Source: Glaucostegus cemiculus (lineage: Eukaryota). Taken from it: DNA of 64,000 nt. Numbering within the stretch: position 1 is the first letter of the stretch; every line of letters begins with the position of its first letter. Below, piece by piece: positions 36,850 through 48,408 of the stretch. The translations under genes and the position numbers were made by a program. The notes beneath the pieces are model-generated. The model ran no database searches, was not told the origin of the DNA, and saw only the letters and a program-made list of their open reading frames with translations. Location of the stretch: assembly GCA_976551045.1 (NCBI GenBank), contig CDPCPM010000054.1, forward strand, positions 11,532,001 to 11,596,000. The letters run 5' to 3'.

Positions 36850-37457
36850 TCATGCTTCACTTCATCAGTCAGGGCATTGAGTAAAAAAATTAGGAAGTCT
36901 TGTTGCAGCTTTATAAAACTCCGGTTAAGCCACATTTGCAGTATTATGTGCGGTGTAGTTATGGCCACTGTTTTATGTGAAGGATATGAAGGCTTTGAAG
37001 AGGGTGCAGAAGAGGCTCACCAGGATGTTGCCTGGATAAGAGAGTATTAGCTATAAGGAGAGGTTGGACAAACTTGGATTATTTCCTCTGGAGTGTCAGA
37101 AGCTGAGAGGTGATCTGATACGAGAGGCAGAGATAGGGGAGATACTTTTTCCCAGGGTAGAAATGTCAAATGCTAGAGGGCAGAGCTTTATGGTGAGAAG
37201 GGGTAAGTTGAAAGAAGATGTGCAATGCAAGTTATTTACACACAGGGTGGTAGGTGCCAGGAAGGCGCTGCCAGATCAGGTGTCAGAAGCAGACACAATA
37301 ACAATATTTAAGAGGCATTTAGTCAGGAATATAAACAGGCAGGGATGGAAGGATATAGACCATAAACAGGCAAATGGGATTAGTTTAATTCGTCACCATG
37401 GCACAAACATGGTGGGCTGAAGGGCCTTTTCCTGGCTGTACTGTTTTATGTTCTATG
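36850..37457 (+). mobile_element. CR1 3' fragment
   Basis: LDKLGLFPLECQKLRGDLI...LFTHRVVGARKALP...FKRHL plus tail GGGCTGAAGGGCCT..TGTTCTATG. Confidence 0.85.
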
Positions 37458-39377
37458 GGCAATAAACATTGGCCTTGCCAGCAATGCACAGATCCTGAAG
37501 AATGTGCAGTACCAGCAGAGAACAGCAGGGAGCATAAAACTCCCCATGTTCGTCGCATGGTTTCATCGCCATTAAGAACATAAGGCAGAAGCGTTGCTGG
37601 GAAAATGAACTTTGGCAAGACCAATAAAAAAAATGAAGAATGCACCATTCAAGGGAGAAGTAGAAAAGGAGTTGAAGGGAAATAATTTGCTGAGCTTTGG
37701 AGATAAAGGACACCAGTGGGATTAATTGGATAGCTCTATCAAAGAACCAGGATGTTGTCGGCGAGCCGAATAGTCTCATTCTGGACTGTATGGTCCAATA
37801 CTCAGGACTGGAGAGCGTGGAGATGAAGAAGCAGCTAAAACATGTGGAATATCAGTGCTAACCTTTGGAATGGAGATTTAATCTTGTTTACTAACTCCAG
37901 ACAATGAAGTATTGGTCATCTGTTGCAGTCCCCAACCCTTCCTATCGATTTCATTGGGGTTGAATATTAGGATTGGAGTACAACAAGCAGGCAATAAATG
38001 CAAGCAAGCTATTATTTTGTACTTTAACTCTGTGAGAACAGTTGGCTTCGATCTCTGTGGATGGAGAGAGTGACGGGAGACTTAAAAAAAATAATCCCAT
38101 TAGATACCACAAGCACACACTGCCGTCAAACTGTCATACAACAGGATCAGTTTCAGCTGTGACTCTGGCAGTGATTGCCATTGACAGTTTAACTTAATTG
38201 CTGTTATTCCTGCTGAAGCTCACTTAGTGAATTAAACAGTAAGGAGATGAGAATGAAAAGTGGTTGTCCTGCTGCTTCAGGCTAAACAAAAGACTGAGTT
38301 CAGCGGGAACGTGGATCCTACTCCCATGCGGATTGGCTGAGAAGAACAACAGAGATACATTTAAGGGAACATTAATGAGGGAGAAAGGAATAGAAAGTTA
38401 GGCTACAAAGTGGGATGAGGGTCATGTGGAGCATGGGACAGTTGGGCCAAATGTCCCATTTTTGTGCCATAAACATTTATGTAATTCCTTTTGGAACTAC
38501 CTATTTTTGATACTTCCAGCTCAGGGGCACACATATTGAGGATGAATTTCCACAGTAGGTTTTCCCATCATGGTTTCAGCAGGGGAGGTGCAGAAAGCCT
38601 AGGGCAGCATGGTTGGTGATAGGATTCAGAGCCGCTCTCCAGCAGGGCCACAGTCTTTGATCTGGGGTAGCACGAAGGCTCAGACTAGTTCTTTTTTCTG
38701 CCAGACCTCGGTTCCACCAACACCTGCCCCACCATTACAGTTGATGAGTGCACCATTTCTCATGGTGGCTGGGCAGGTTTCCAGCTCTGGGGTGGGGGGG
38801 GGGCTGTGGGGGTGGGGGGCGATGGTTCATTTCTGGAAGATGCATTATGTGATCACCCTGTTCACTCAAACTATTAAATAGAAGCAATGAAACAAAATAA
38901 AAATAACCACAGTTTCTTATAACCTTTACTCCCCAACTCCAATGGTTTTATTTTGGGTTTGCTTAGAAAATCTGGAAGATTCCCTGGCCAATGATGACCG
39001 ATTGCCATCCTCATCAGAGAAAGGGCAGGCAGCAGGAAATTTTCTCATTTGATTCCCATCAATCAAAACAAGGCAAACAAGTTTACAATGCCCAGGATTA
39101 TCCTTTCTTATTATGAAAGGGGCTTAAAATTTGCTTCCCATCAGCTCCCTGTCATAATTTCCCCTTTCACAGTATGTTGGAAAATAAATGGTGGGAGGTT
39201 TCAGGAGTAGATTTTAGGCAAAAGATACCTTTTGACCACTAGTCTAATAGTGCGTTTCAGGGCCCAACACCCTGACACATAGTAGATGCCCTGTCTACTG
39301 TTTACTTATAACTGCTTAGGTGTCCATGGACTGCAGTCAAAGGAGTTTGATATACATCAGCCACAAACACTTAAGAA

Positions 39378-39478
39378 AGTATTGGTATTGGTATTGGTTT
39401 ATTATTGTCACTTGTACTGAGGTACAGTGAAAAACTTGTTTTACATACTGTTCGTACAGATCAAATCATTACACAGTT
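39378..39478 (-). mobile_element. LINE (Rex1-type) 3' tail with (CAATAC)n repeat
   Basis: GTATTGGTATTGGTATTGGTTTATTATTGTCACTTGTAC...GAAAAACTT, same layout as the other Rex1-type tails here. Confidence 0.55.
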
Positions 39479-39994
39479 GTTGGTATATTAATCTTTATTG
39501 CAAAATACGTTGGAGTATAAGAGTAAAAAAGTCTTACTACAATTAGACAGGACTTGGCAAAGTTATATTTGGAACACTGTCTAAGACCTTTGGCCTCCTT
39601 GCCCAAGGAAGAATTGACCAGAGGTTCCAGTGCATCCTAATATTTTTCTCATCTTTGTCCTGTGTGTCTGAGTCTAGAATGGAGCAGCTATGGAGGTCCA
39701 ATGTCAGTCTCAGCTGATGGCCATCCAGGTTCTACCCAAGGCCCAAGAGATCAGGCACAACACACTGAGAGTTGCAGACTTTCACCATATGCTGCCATTA
39801 TTGCTTCCCCAGCACCAGGGGCCAGGTCAGGATCTTCCTGATTCCAGTGTGAGACAATGGAACCTGGAATTTGGTGGAGGGAGATGTCAGGGTTGGAAGA
39901 GCAGCATCAGGAGAGGATCAGAGAAGGGAATTCACAGGCCAGTGGAGGGGATCAGAGTGGGGGAAAAGGGGGAAGACATCTGTGGAGGGATGTA

Positions 39995-40520
39995 TACAAG
40001 AACATAATGACATAAAGAATGGAAGCTGGAGTTGACCAATCGTCCCCTCATGACTTCACCATCATTCACTGAGAACTCAGCTGGTCTTTTACATCAAAAC
40101 CACTTCCCTGCACTTGGTTAACTTAATATCTAAAAATCTATTGATCTCTGCAACTCAGCCTCCACAGCCATCTTGGGAGGACAATTCCAAAGATTCACTC
40201 TAGGTGAAAATATTTTTCTCATCCCTGTCCTGAATGGTTGATGCTTCTTGTGAGAATCTGACCCCTGGTTCTATATACCCAGCCAGAGGAAATATCAAAA
40301 TATCAGCTCTGTACAGCCCCGAACAACTTTGGATATTTCAGTGAGATCACCAACTTGGCTTAATCTCTCCTCAATAGTTCCCCAACCTGGGGATCAGTCC
40401 AGTGAACCTTCACTGCACTCCATCACTTCTTTTCTTTACGTAGGAAGACCAGACCTGTGCACATTATTCCAGATCCATTAGGGCTATATATAATTGCAGT
40501 AAGATATATTTAATATGGCA
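39995..40520 (-). mobile_element. Old CR1 3' fragment
   Basis: AAGAACATAA tail, GACCCCTGGTTCTA (TRG motif in reverse), GTGAACCTTCACTGCACTCC. Confidence 0.7.
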
Positions 40521-40667
40521 CTCAACCCTTCTATTTTGAATGATGTAAGGCCAAAAAAGGATGAGGGTGAAGACAATGGCAAATGCAGAAGAAAAAGCTA
40601 TTTGAAGATCAAGATTTCAAATGCAGTACAAAGCTCATGGCCTACTGGGCAGCAATGATCCCCAGCT

Positions 40668-41027
40668 TCAAGATTCAAGATTCAAGATTGCTTTATTGTC
40701 ATTGAGCCATTGAGACAACAGAACAACGAGATTTCATTGGCACTCCCATGTCAGGCAATAGGCACAGTACTTAAATATTAAATAAATAGAGAATAAATTA
40801 AGTTAGAGTTTACACTGTAGGGTTTACTTGATGTGTTAGAGGGAGAGAGAGAAGTAGCGAGAAAGAACTAGTGCAATCCATGAAATTTAAAGTCCTTGTT
40901 TAAGATTTTCACGGCGTTGGGGAAGAAGCTATTCCTCAATCTGGCCGTGGATGTGTGGAATGTCCTGAAGCGTTTCTTTGAGGGGAGCAGACTGAAGAGG
41001 TGATGGGCCGGGTGGGAAGAGTCCTTA
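40668..41027 (-). mobile_element. Young Rex1/Babar 3' end with (AATCTTG)n tail
   Basis: KDSSHPAHHLFSLLPSKKRFRTFHTSTARLRNSFFPNAVKILN. Eight substitutions counted by eye versus 47454-47813. Confidence 0.9.
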
Positions 41028-41359
41028 CGCTTCCTGTACGCTTCAGAGATAGGGACTACCTCAAAGCTCTGGTGTGGTGCTACCAGTGGTGTCTCTGCAG
41101 AGTTCCACAGACAGAAGTGAACCAACATCTAAGTCTTCTCTCAGGCCAGCATCCCCAACATTGAGGCCCCAATTACACTCAGTCAGCTCCATTCGCACGC
41201 CTGACACCAGACTTCCAAAGCAGACACTCTGCTCTGAGCTGACTGCAAGGGATTACCAGACAGACAGAGAAAAAGATTCAAGGGTGTTCTTACAACATCC
41301 TTGAAAATGTGTAACATCCCTACCAACTCACAAGGAAGGCACACCTGTGTCTTTACGTT

Positions 41360-43872
41360 CCTAGAAGGTTAAGGAGATTCAGCATGCCACCAAACACTCT
41401 AACAAACAATACAGATGTATTGCTGAAAGTATCCTGACTGGTTGCATCATGGTCTTGTATGGCAATTCCAATGTTCAAGACTACAAGAAGATGCAGAGAG
41501 TAGTCGACTCAGCCCAATACATTACAGGCACATCCCTCCCCACCACTGGAAGTATCAACATGAGCTGCTTCCTCAAGAAGGCAACATCTAACATCAAAGA
41601 TCCCCACCATCCAGGCCTTGCCACTTCTCGAAGCTACCATCGGGCAGGAGGTACAGAAATCTGAAGTCCAACATCACCAAGTTCAAGAACAGCTACTTCT
41701 CTTCAACCATTTGGTTCTTAGAGAAATGGAGAAATACAGCACAATTGACCCAATGAATCCATGCCGACAATAGTGCCCACCTGGCTAGTACCAAATTCCT
41801 GTGTTCGGCCTATATCCCTCAAAGTCCTACCCCTCTATGTACCTATCCAAGTGCTACTTAAATGATACTATTACACCTGCCTCAACCACTTCCTCTGGCA
41901 GCTCGTTTCAGATACTCACCACCCTCTGCATGAAAAAGTTGCCCCTCAGGTCCCTTTTAAGTCTTTCCCCTCTCACCCCAAATCTATGCCCCTAAATTTG
42001 GACTCCCCTACACTGGGGTAAAGACTGTTACCAAACACCTTATCTATGCCTCTCATTTTAAACATCTCTATACAGTCACCCATCATTCTCCTACATTCCA
42101 AAGAATAAAGACTTAGCCTGGCCAACCTCTCCCTACAACTCATGCCCTCTAGTCCTGGCAACATCCTTGTAAATCTTTTCTGTACTCTTTCCAATTTAAC
42201 CACATCTTTCTTATAACAGGGTGACAAAACTATACACAGTATTCTAAGTGCGCCTCACCAACAAATTATACCACTGCAACATAATGTCCGAACTCCTGTA
42301 GTCACTGCCCTGACAGATGGCGGCCAGTGTGCAAAACACCTTTTTCACCACCCTGTCTACTCTGTGATGCCGTTTTCAACAAACTATGCACTTGTACTGC
42401 TAGGTCCCTCTGTTCCATTACACTCCCTGGTGCCCTACTATTCACAGTAGAAGTTCTACATTGGTTTGACTTTCCAAAATGCATCATCTCATACTTAACT
42501 GTATTGAAATCTATTTGCCACTCCTTGGCCCACTTCCCTAACTGATCAAGATCCCCCTGTAATCTAGGATAACTCTCTTCACTATCAGCAACACCTCCTT
42601 ATTTCGTGTCATCCACAAACATATCGATCAAGCCTTGTGCATTTGCATCCAAATCATTTACATAAATAACGAATATCAAAGGTCCCAACACTGACTCCTG
42701 TGGCACACTACTAGTCACCGGCATCCATTCCAAGAAACAATCTTCAACCACCAGCCACCTTCCAGTCTTCAGGAGTGTCACCAGTGGCTAACGCTGAAGT
42801 AAATATCTGCACAAGGGCCTCCACAAAGGCCTCCACAATTTCTTCTCCAGCCTCTCATAAAGTGTAAGGATGCACTCCATCACAGGATTTATCCACCTTA
42901 ATGCATTGTAAGGCTGCAAATATCTCCTCCCTGGTAATATGAATGTCTTTCAAAACATCACCACTTGTTTCCCTTATCTCTTGAGCAACCATGATTTTCT
43001 CCTCAATAAACACTGAGGAGAAATATTCATTAAAAATCCCGCTCATCTCCCACGACTCGAGACATAGGCAGCCTTGCTGATAACTTAGGGGATCTACTCT
43101 CTCCCTAGCCAACCTTTACTCTTAATATGGCTATAGAACCTCTTGAGATTTTCCTTAACCCTACCTGCCAGTTCCATCTCATGCCCTTTCTTTGCCTTCC
43201 TGATTTCCCTCTTCTGAGTATTCTTAATCTTTATACAATCATCAAGAGATTCACTTGTCCCTGACCTCCTGAACCTAATCTATGCCTCCTTATTTTTCTT
43301 GACCAGAGCCTCAATATCTCTCTTCAACCAGGGCTCCCTAAATTTGCCAGGTTTACCCTTCACCCTAACAGGAACATGCTGCTCCTGCATTCCTGATACC
43401 ACATTCTTAAAAGCCTCCAACTTGCTATTCGTTACTTTCCTATCCTTTCAAACAGGTTCACCCAACCAACCTCTGCTAGATCCTGCTTCAGTTTAGGACC
43501 CTAACATGTGGACCCCTCCTATCCTTTGCCATCACTATCTTAAAACTTGAACCTTGAACCAGCTTGAATCATCACTTGAACCAACCTGCACAACTCTTCA
43601 GTATAGGATCAATATCACTTCCTCAGTATAGGACTACTATGGCCACTTGACCACTTTGCACTACAATTGAACCTGTTTTTCTTTATTCCAATTTGTTCTT
43701 TCTTGTATAATTTTGCTAATTTATGTTTAATTTATATTTTTCTTGTGAATGTCATATCTCTGATACTATGTGCCTGTGATACTGCCGCAAGTAAGTTTTT
43801 CATTACACCTATGCATACATGTACTTGTGCGTATGACAATAAACTTGACTTTGACTTTGACTCTGACTTTGA
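41360..43872 (+). mobile_element. Rex1/Babar 3' fragment (41360-41719 and about 43575-43872) split by a CR1 insertion
   Basis: YRCIAESILTGCIMVLYGN...QRVVDSAQYITG...IKDPHHPG...FKNSYF; resumes at CTTGAACCAACC; ends AATAAA plus (GACTTT)n. Confidence 0.85.
41720..43545 (-). mobile_element. CR1 LINE ORF2 (internally deleted) inserted in Rex1
   Basis: IFNEYFSSVF; VTSSVPQESVLGPLIFVIYVNDLD...MFVDDTK (RT); [17 protein letters not shown]. Confidence 0.9.
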
Positions 43873-44364
43873 GCTCCTGGGAATTCCTGGCCCATAACTT
43901 CCCAAATTGGAGGAGGAGCATTCAGGAAGGTATTAAGAACCTCAAGTCCATGCAATGGGACCACAAGAAGCTCAGCATACATGGCTGAAAGCATGCATCA
44001 CTCCCCAAACTGTATCAGCTACTTGCTGCCCCACCTATAGGAGACCCTGCAGTCTCATACTGGCCTCATCAGTCACCTCAGAACCTACAGAAGCAGAAGA
44101 GAAGCAAGTCAACCTCCATCCCCAAAAAAACTGCTTAAGAAAAAAAACCACAAGAACTGGCATCATCATGCAGCCCCCTCAAGCAGATATTGCTTCCAGT
44201 TTGCAAGAGTGACTGATGCCAGTAAGTGGCTGCTCGGAGTGTCTTGAAAAGGCTTGGAAATAGCCATTATTGTGCTACACTCCTGAAAAATAATTTTTCA
44301 AATATTTAATGATGAAAAAAGCAGTGCTGCATGAATGAATTTTTCAATTAGATTAAACTCCTGC

Positions 44365-44812
44365 CTTAGAGAGAGTGCAACAAAGGTTCACTAGACCTAT
44401 CTCTGGCATGAAGGATTGCCTTATGAAGATAGATTGAGCAGACTAAGCCTACATTCCCTTGAGTTCAGAAGAATGAGGTGATCTCACTGAAACATATAAA
44501 ATCATAAAGGGCTTGACAGGGTAAGTGCTGACAGACTATTTCAGCTGCCTGGGGAGTCTAGAAGCAGGATCCTTAGATACCAGGTCAGCCATTTCTGACT
44601 GAGATGAAGAGAAATTTATTTACTCAAGTGGTCGCAAATCTTTGAATTGATTATTAAGTGTATTCAAAGCAGAGGTCAGTGGAGCTTTGGACACTAGAGA
44701 ATCAAGGAAATGGATAATCATATGGGAAAGTGAAACTGAGGTTTAAGATTGGTCTGAATCCTTTTTATTCGAGGAGCAGGTTAAAGAGCTAAACAATCTG
44801 CTCTATCTCCAA
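44365..44812 (+). mobile_element. Old CR1 3' fragment
   Basis: CCTTAGAGAGAGTGCAACAAAGGTTCACTAGAC...GAGATGAAGAGAAATTTATTTACTCA. Confidence 0.7.
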
Positions 44813-45383
44813 TTATTTAAGTCCTTTCTTGGCAAGAATTATTAATTCTGTTTTTGTTTTCTTTATTCTCCCTATTGGTCTATGGGACCCAGCCCTCTTT
44901 ACACTCCCTTTGCTGCCTTCCATGTTATGTCCTCAATTTGCCTCATTTACCTTTATATTTCCTCTTCAAAAATCTCCTATTGTCGATCTATGATTCTGTT
45001 TGTTGAACTTTCCTTCGTTTTAATCAGTCTTAGTCACACTATAATTTCCTTTGTTTCCACCAAGTACTATAATGCTCCACTTCCCTTTCCCCTTTTCTAG
45101 TTTTACATGGATCTAACATTCCCAAGTGATGCGGCTCAACCCACTGAGCTCCTTCAGAAGATTGCTTGTTATTCCCAAATGTCCCTTTTCTCATGAGTTA
45201 CCCATATGGCCTTCCCTGTTCCCTTAAACAAAATCAAGTCTCTTGCTTTAAGAAGTAAAAGTGCAAAGAGAACTTGCAAGTTTGTGGAAATTTTAAAAAC
45301 CTTGATCTGCCCACTCCTCATTCTATTGTAATTTAACTCACAAGCCCCAGTATCATTTACAGCAGCGGTGGTGAATCAGAACT

Positions 45384-45586
45384 TGAGAAGTAAAGAACTG
45401 CAGATGCTGGAATCTAGATGAAAAACATGACGATACTGGAGGAACTCAGCAGGCCAGGCAGCATCCGTGGAGAAAAGCAGGTGGTCAACATTTCGGGTCC
45501 TGAAGAAGGATCCTGACCTAAAACGTTGACCACCTGCTTTTCTCCACAGATGCTGCCTGGCCTGCTGAGTTCCTCCAGCATCACCA
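45384..45586. mobile_element. Young Penelope-derived fold-back unit, about 64-bp near-perfect arms, 12-bp TSD
   Basis: Arms about 45436-45499 and 45515-45578; TGAATCAGAACT (45372-45383) and TGAATTAGAACT (45587-45598); central GGTC CTGAAGA AGGATCCTGACCT AAAAC GTT GACC. Confidence 0.88.
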
Positions 45587-45829
45587 TGAATTAGAACTAA
45601 ATCAGAGAATGTCACCTAAAAAGAATCAGTCTTGTGCTATTCCAGTCGGGGATGGTTGGGTCAGTCACCAGGAACTGCTTGTCTCCATCCACTACCCCAT
45701 CCCTGGGAAGGAGATGGGGCCAGGCAGAGAACCCCCAGCTGCTTCAGCAGAGGTACAACAGGTCCTTGGTCTTTGCAGGGAGGGGAGATTTCTCCTCACC
45801 TCCAATACACCTTCACTATCCTGACATCT

Positions 45830-46165
45830 TAGCATGCATTTATATAGCCACTTTCATGGCTTCAGAGTAGTTTACAGCCAATTAACTACATTTAAAATGC
45901 AGTCCTGTTATAATGTAGATAACATGGCAGCCAATCACAGAACAGCAAGACCCTATGCTTAGGAAATATGGTAATGACCCAATCGTCTGCTTTCGCGCTG
46001 TTGGTTGAGAAAAACAACGCTCTCTAAGACGTGGGACATACACTCCTAAGTTTCATTCAACATAGCACAATACTATCTTTTAAGCACACTTGAGAGGGCA
46101 GGTGAGGGTTCACATTACCTGAAAGGGGTTAGTACTAAATGGAAGTGTCAGCCTAGCTTTTTTGC
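45830..46165 (-). mobile_element. Deu-domain SINE remnant
   Basis: GCATTTATATAGC tail, TTTACAGCCAAT, ATGTAGATAACATGGCAGCCAAT, TGTTGGTTGAG. Confidence 0.6.
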
Positions 46166-46214
46166 TGGGGCAACATTTGAACCACTGCCAACTTCTCACA
46201 TGGGACCTCTTTCT

Positions 46215-47453
46215 AGTTTGAGGCTAAGGACATCTACTGCTGCCAGCACTTCACGAGTAACAGGTACTTCGACGTTACCTTCAAGCACCCAGCAGGATGG
46301 CAGAATCTGCTGCAGGACTTTCGGGAGAAGGGGAATGAAGGTCAGCTGTCACTGCTGAGCAGCCTCTCTTCACCCTCCCCACCCAGAAGGAACGTGTGAT
46401 AACGGTGCTCATGTTTAACCCACATGTGTCCGTGGTGGATGTCCTTACCTTCCTGGCTTGTTATGTCGAGGGAGTGGGAAGTTGTGTAGACCTGTCGGGA
46501 TCTGGACCAGCAAGTGCCAGGTGAAGGTCAAGTTGAAAGCTGACACAAATGGATCCATCATCCACTCCCCCTCAGTGTTTGCCATTGGAGGGAACCGTGG
46601 ATAGATGGTGTACGTGGAAGAACCCAGGGTGTGTCACAACTGCAACAAACCCAGACACGTGGTAGCCCAGTGCAGCGCAGTCATCTGCGAGAGCTGCAAG
46701 CAGGAAGGTCACCAAACAAAGGACAGTCAGGAAAGCAAATGTTGCAACCTGTGCGGGGAAGCAGGCCACTTCTAAGGCCTGCTCAAAATGGGCCTGTGTG
46801 TACGCACAGGTAATAAGAGGGGGTGTCAGCACCAACAACACCCCAAGGAACACTGATACACCCCCCACCAGCATAGGGGCCTCAGAAGAGACGAAGACCA
46901 GGAGGAGTGAGGACAGCCCAAACACCTCAAGCTCTCAATCCCCAGCCACGAACTCCCAGCCCCCTCCCCAAGAGGAGGAGTCAATAGAAGAGGGAGTCGG
47001 GGAGGAACCAGAAAGGGTATGGCAGGTGGTGAAGAGGAAGAAGGCGCAAAAGACACCACCCAAGAGACAACGGGACATGGAAAACAAGGGGACTGGAAAG
47101 AAAAGAGTAATACAGCAGAAGGACACCAACAACCTCTCCTCGTCAGAGGACAAAAGCAACAGCAGAAGCCGACGACAGAGCCAGAGGAAGTAGCAAAACG
47201 GAGGAGAGAAAATGGAAGAGAAGCAAAAGACAGGAACAAGTGAGGATAGAAACCTGCCTGCTGACCCCCAGCTCCGGGAGACCAGGAGCAGCAACGCATC
47301 CAATGAACTCCAGCACCGGGAGATGAAAGAAACTGGACCCACAGAGTAAAGAACAGGGGCACAGAAGGATTCCACCCCCCCGCGACACCACCAGCCTCAC
47401 CACAAGGGACCCCACACCCAGGGGGAGACCACTCCCAATATCTGAGCCCGGAA
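46215..47453 (+). pseudogene. Tx1 ORF1 (ZCCHC3-like gag-type zinc-knuckle protein), disrupted
   Basis: DIYCCQHFTSNRYFDVTF; VYVEEPRVCHNCNKPRHVVAQCSAVICESCKQEGHQTKDSQESKCCNLCGEAGHF*; low-complexity charged tail with WQVVKRKK. Confidence 0.8.
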
Positions 47454-48280
47454 TCAAGATTCAAGATTCAAGATTGCTTTATTGTCATTGAGCTGTTGAG
47501 ACAACAGAACAACGAGATTTCATTGGCACTCCCATGTCAGACAATAGGCACAGTACTTAAATATTAAATAAATAGAGAATAAATTAAGTTAGAGTTTACA
47601 CTGTAGGGTTTACTTGATGTATTAGAGGGAGAGAGAGAAGTAGCGAGAAAGAACTAGTGCAATCCATGAAATTTAAAGTCCTTGTTTAAGATTTTCACGG
47701 CATTGGGGAAGAAGCTATTCCTCAATCTGGCCGTGGATGTGTGGAATGTCCTGAAGTGTTTCTTTGAGGGGAGCAGACTGAAGAGGTGATGGGCTGGATG
47801 GGAAGAGTCCTTAATGATGTTTGTAGCCTTGTTCAGACACTGGGGCTCATGAATGTCCGCCAATGTGGGTAGGTGCACCCCTGTGATCTTCCGTGCCGTG
47901 TCAATCACCCACTGTAGGCCTTTCCTCTCTTTGTTGGTACAGCTGGCATACCAGGCAGTGATGCCGTATGTCAGAATGCTCTCTATCGCACACCTATAGA
48001 AATTGACCAGGATACCTGTTGACAAGTTTGCACTCTTCAGCTGCTGTAGGAAGTATAGACGCTGTTGTGCCTTCCTGATGCTTAATGTAGAGTGAGCTCC
48101 CCAGGAGAGGTCTTTGGTGATGTGAGTCCCCAGGAATTTGAAGCTTGTAACTCTCTACTGCCTCGCCATCAATGAGCACTGGGCCAAGTTCTGTCCTGCT
48201 CGTCCTCCTGAAGTCTACCACAATCTCCTTGGTTTTCTTAGTGTTTAGGATAAGATTGTTGGTAGAACACCAGGCTGACA
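47454..48280 (-). mobile_element. Young Rex1/Babar, 5'-truncated, inserted antisense at the end of Tx1 ORF1
   Basis: SAWCSTNNLILNTKKTKEIVVDFRR...NFYRCAIESILTYGITAWY...RLRNSFFPNAVKILN; (AATCTTG)n tail; frameshift near 48150. Confidence 0.93.
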
Positions 48281-48408
48281 TAGGCATTCTGCCTGTCCAG
48301 GTGTGTCAACGCAGTGTGAAGGTGATGCAGTTCACCAAACCTGTGGGCATGAGGGCCCAGGACAAATGAAAACGGACTGTGTGATTGGTACTGAACTCCA
48401 AAAGAGCC

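Noticed and set aside
46826-47464. Several long minus-strand ORFs
   Set aside because: Antisense to the purine-rich low-complexity tail of Tx1 ORF1.
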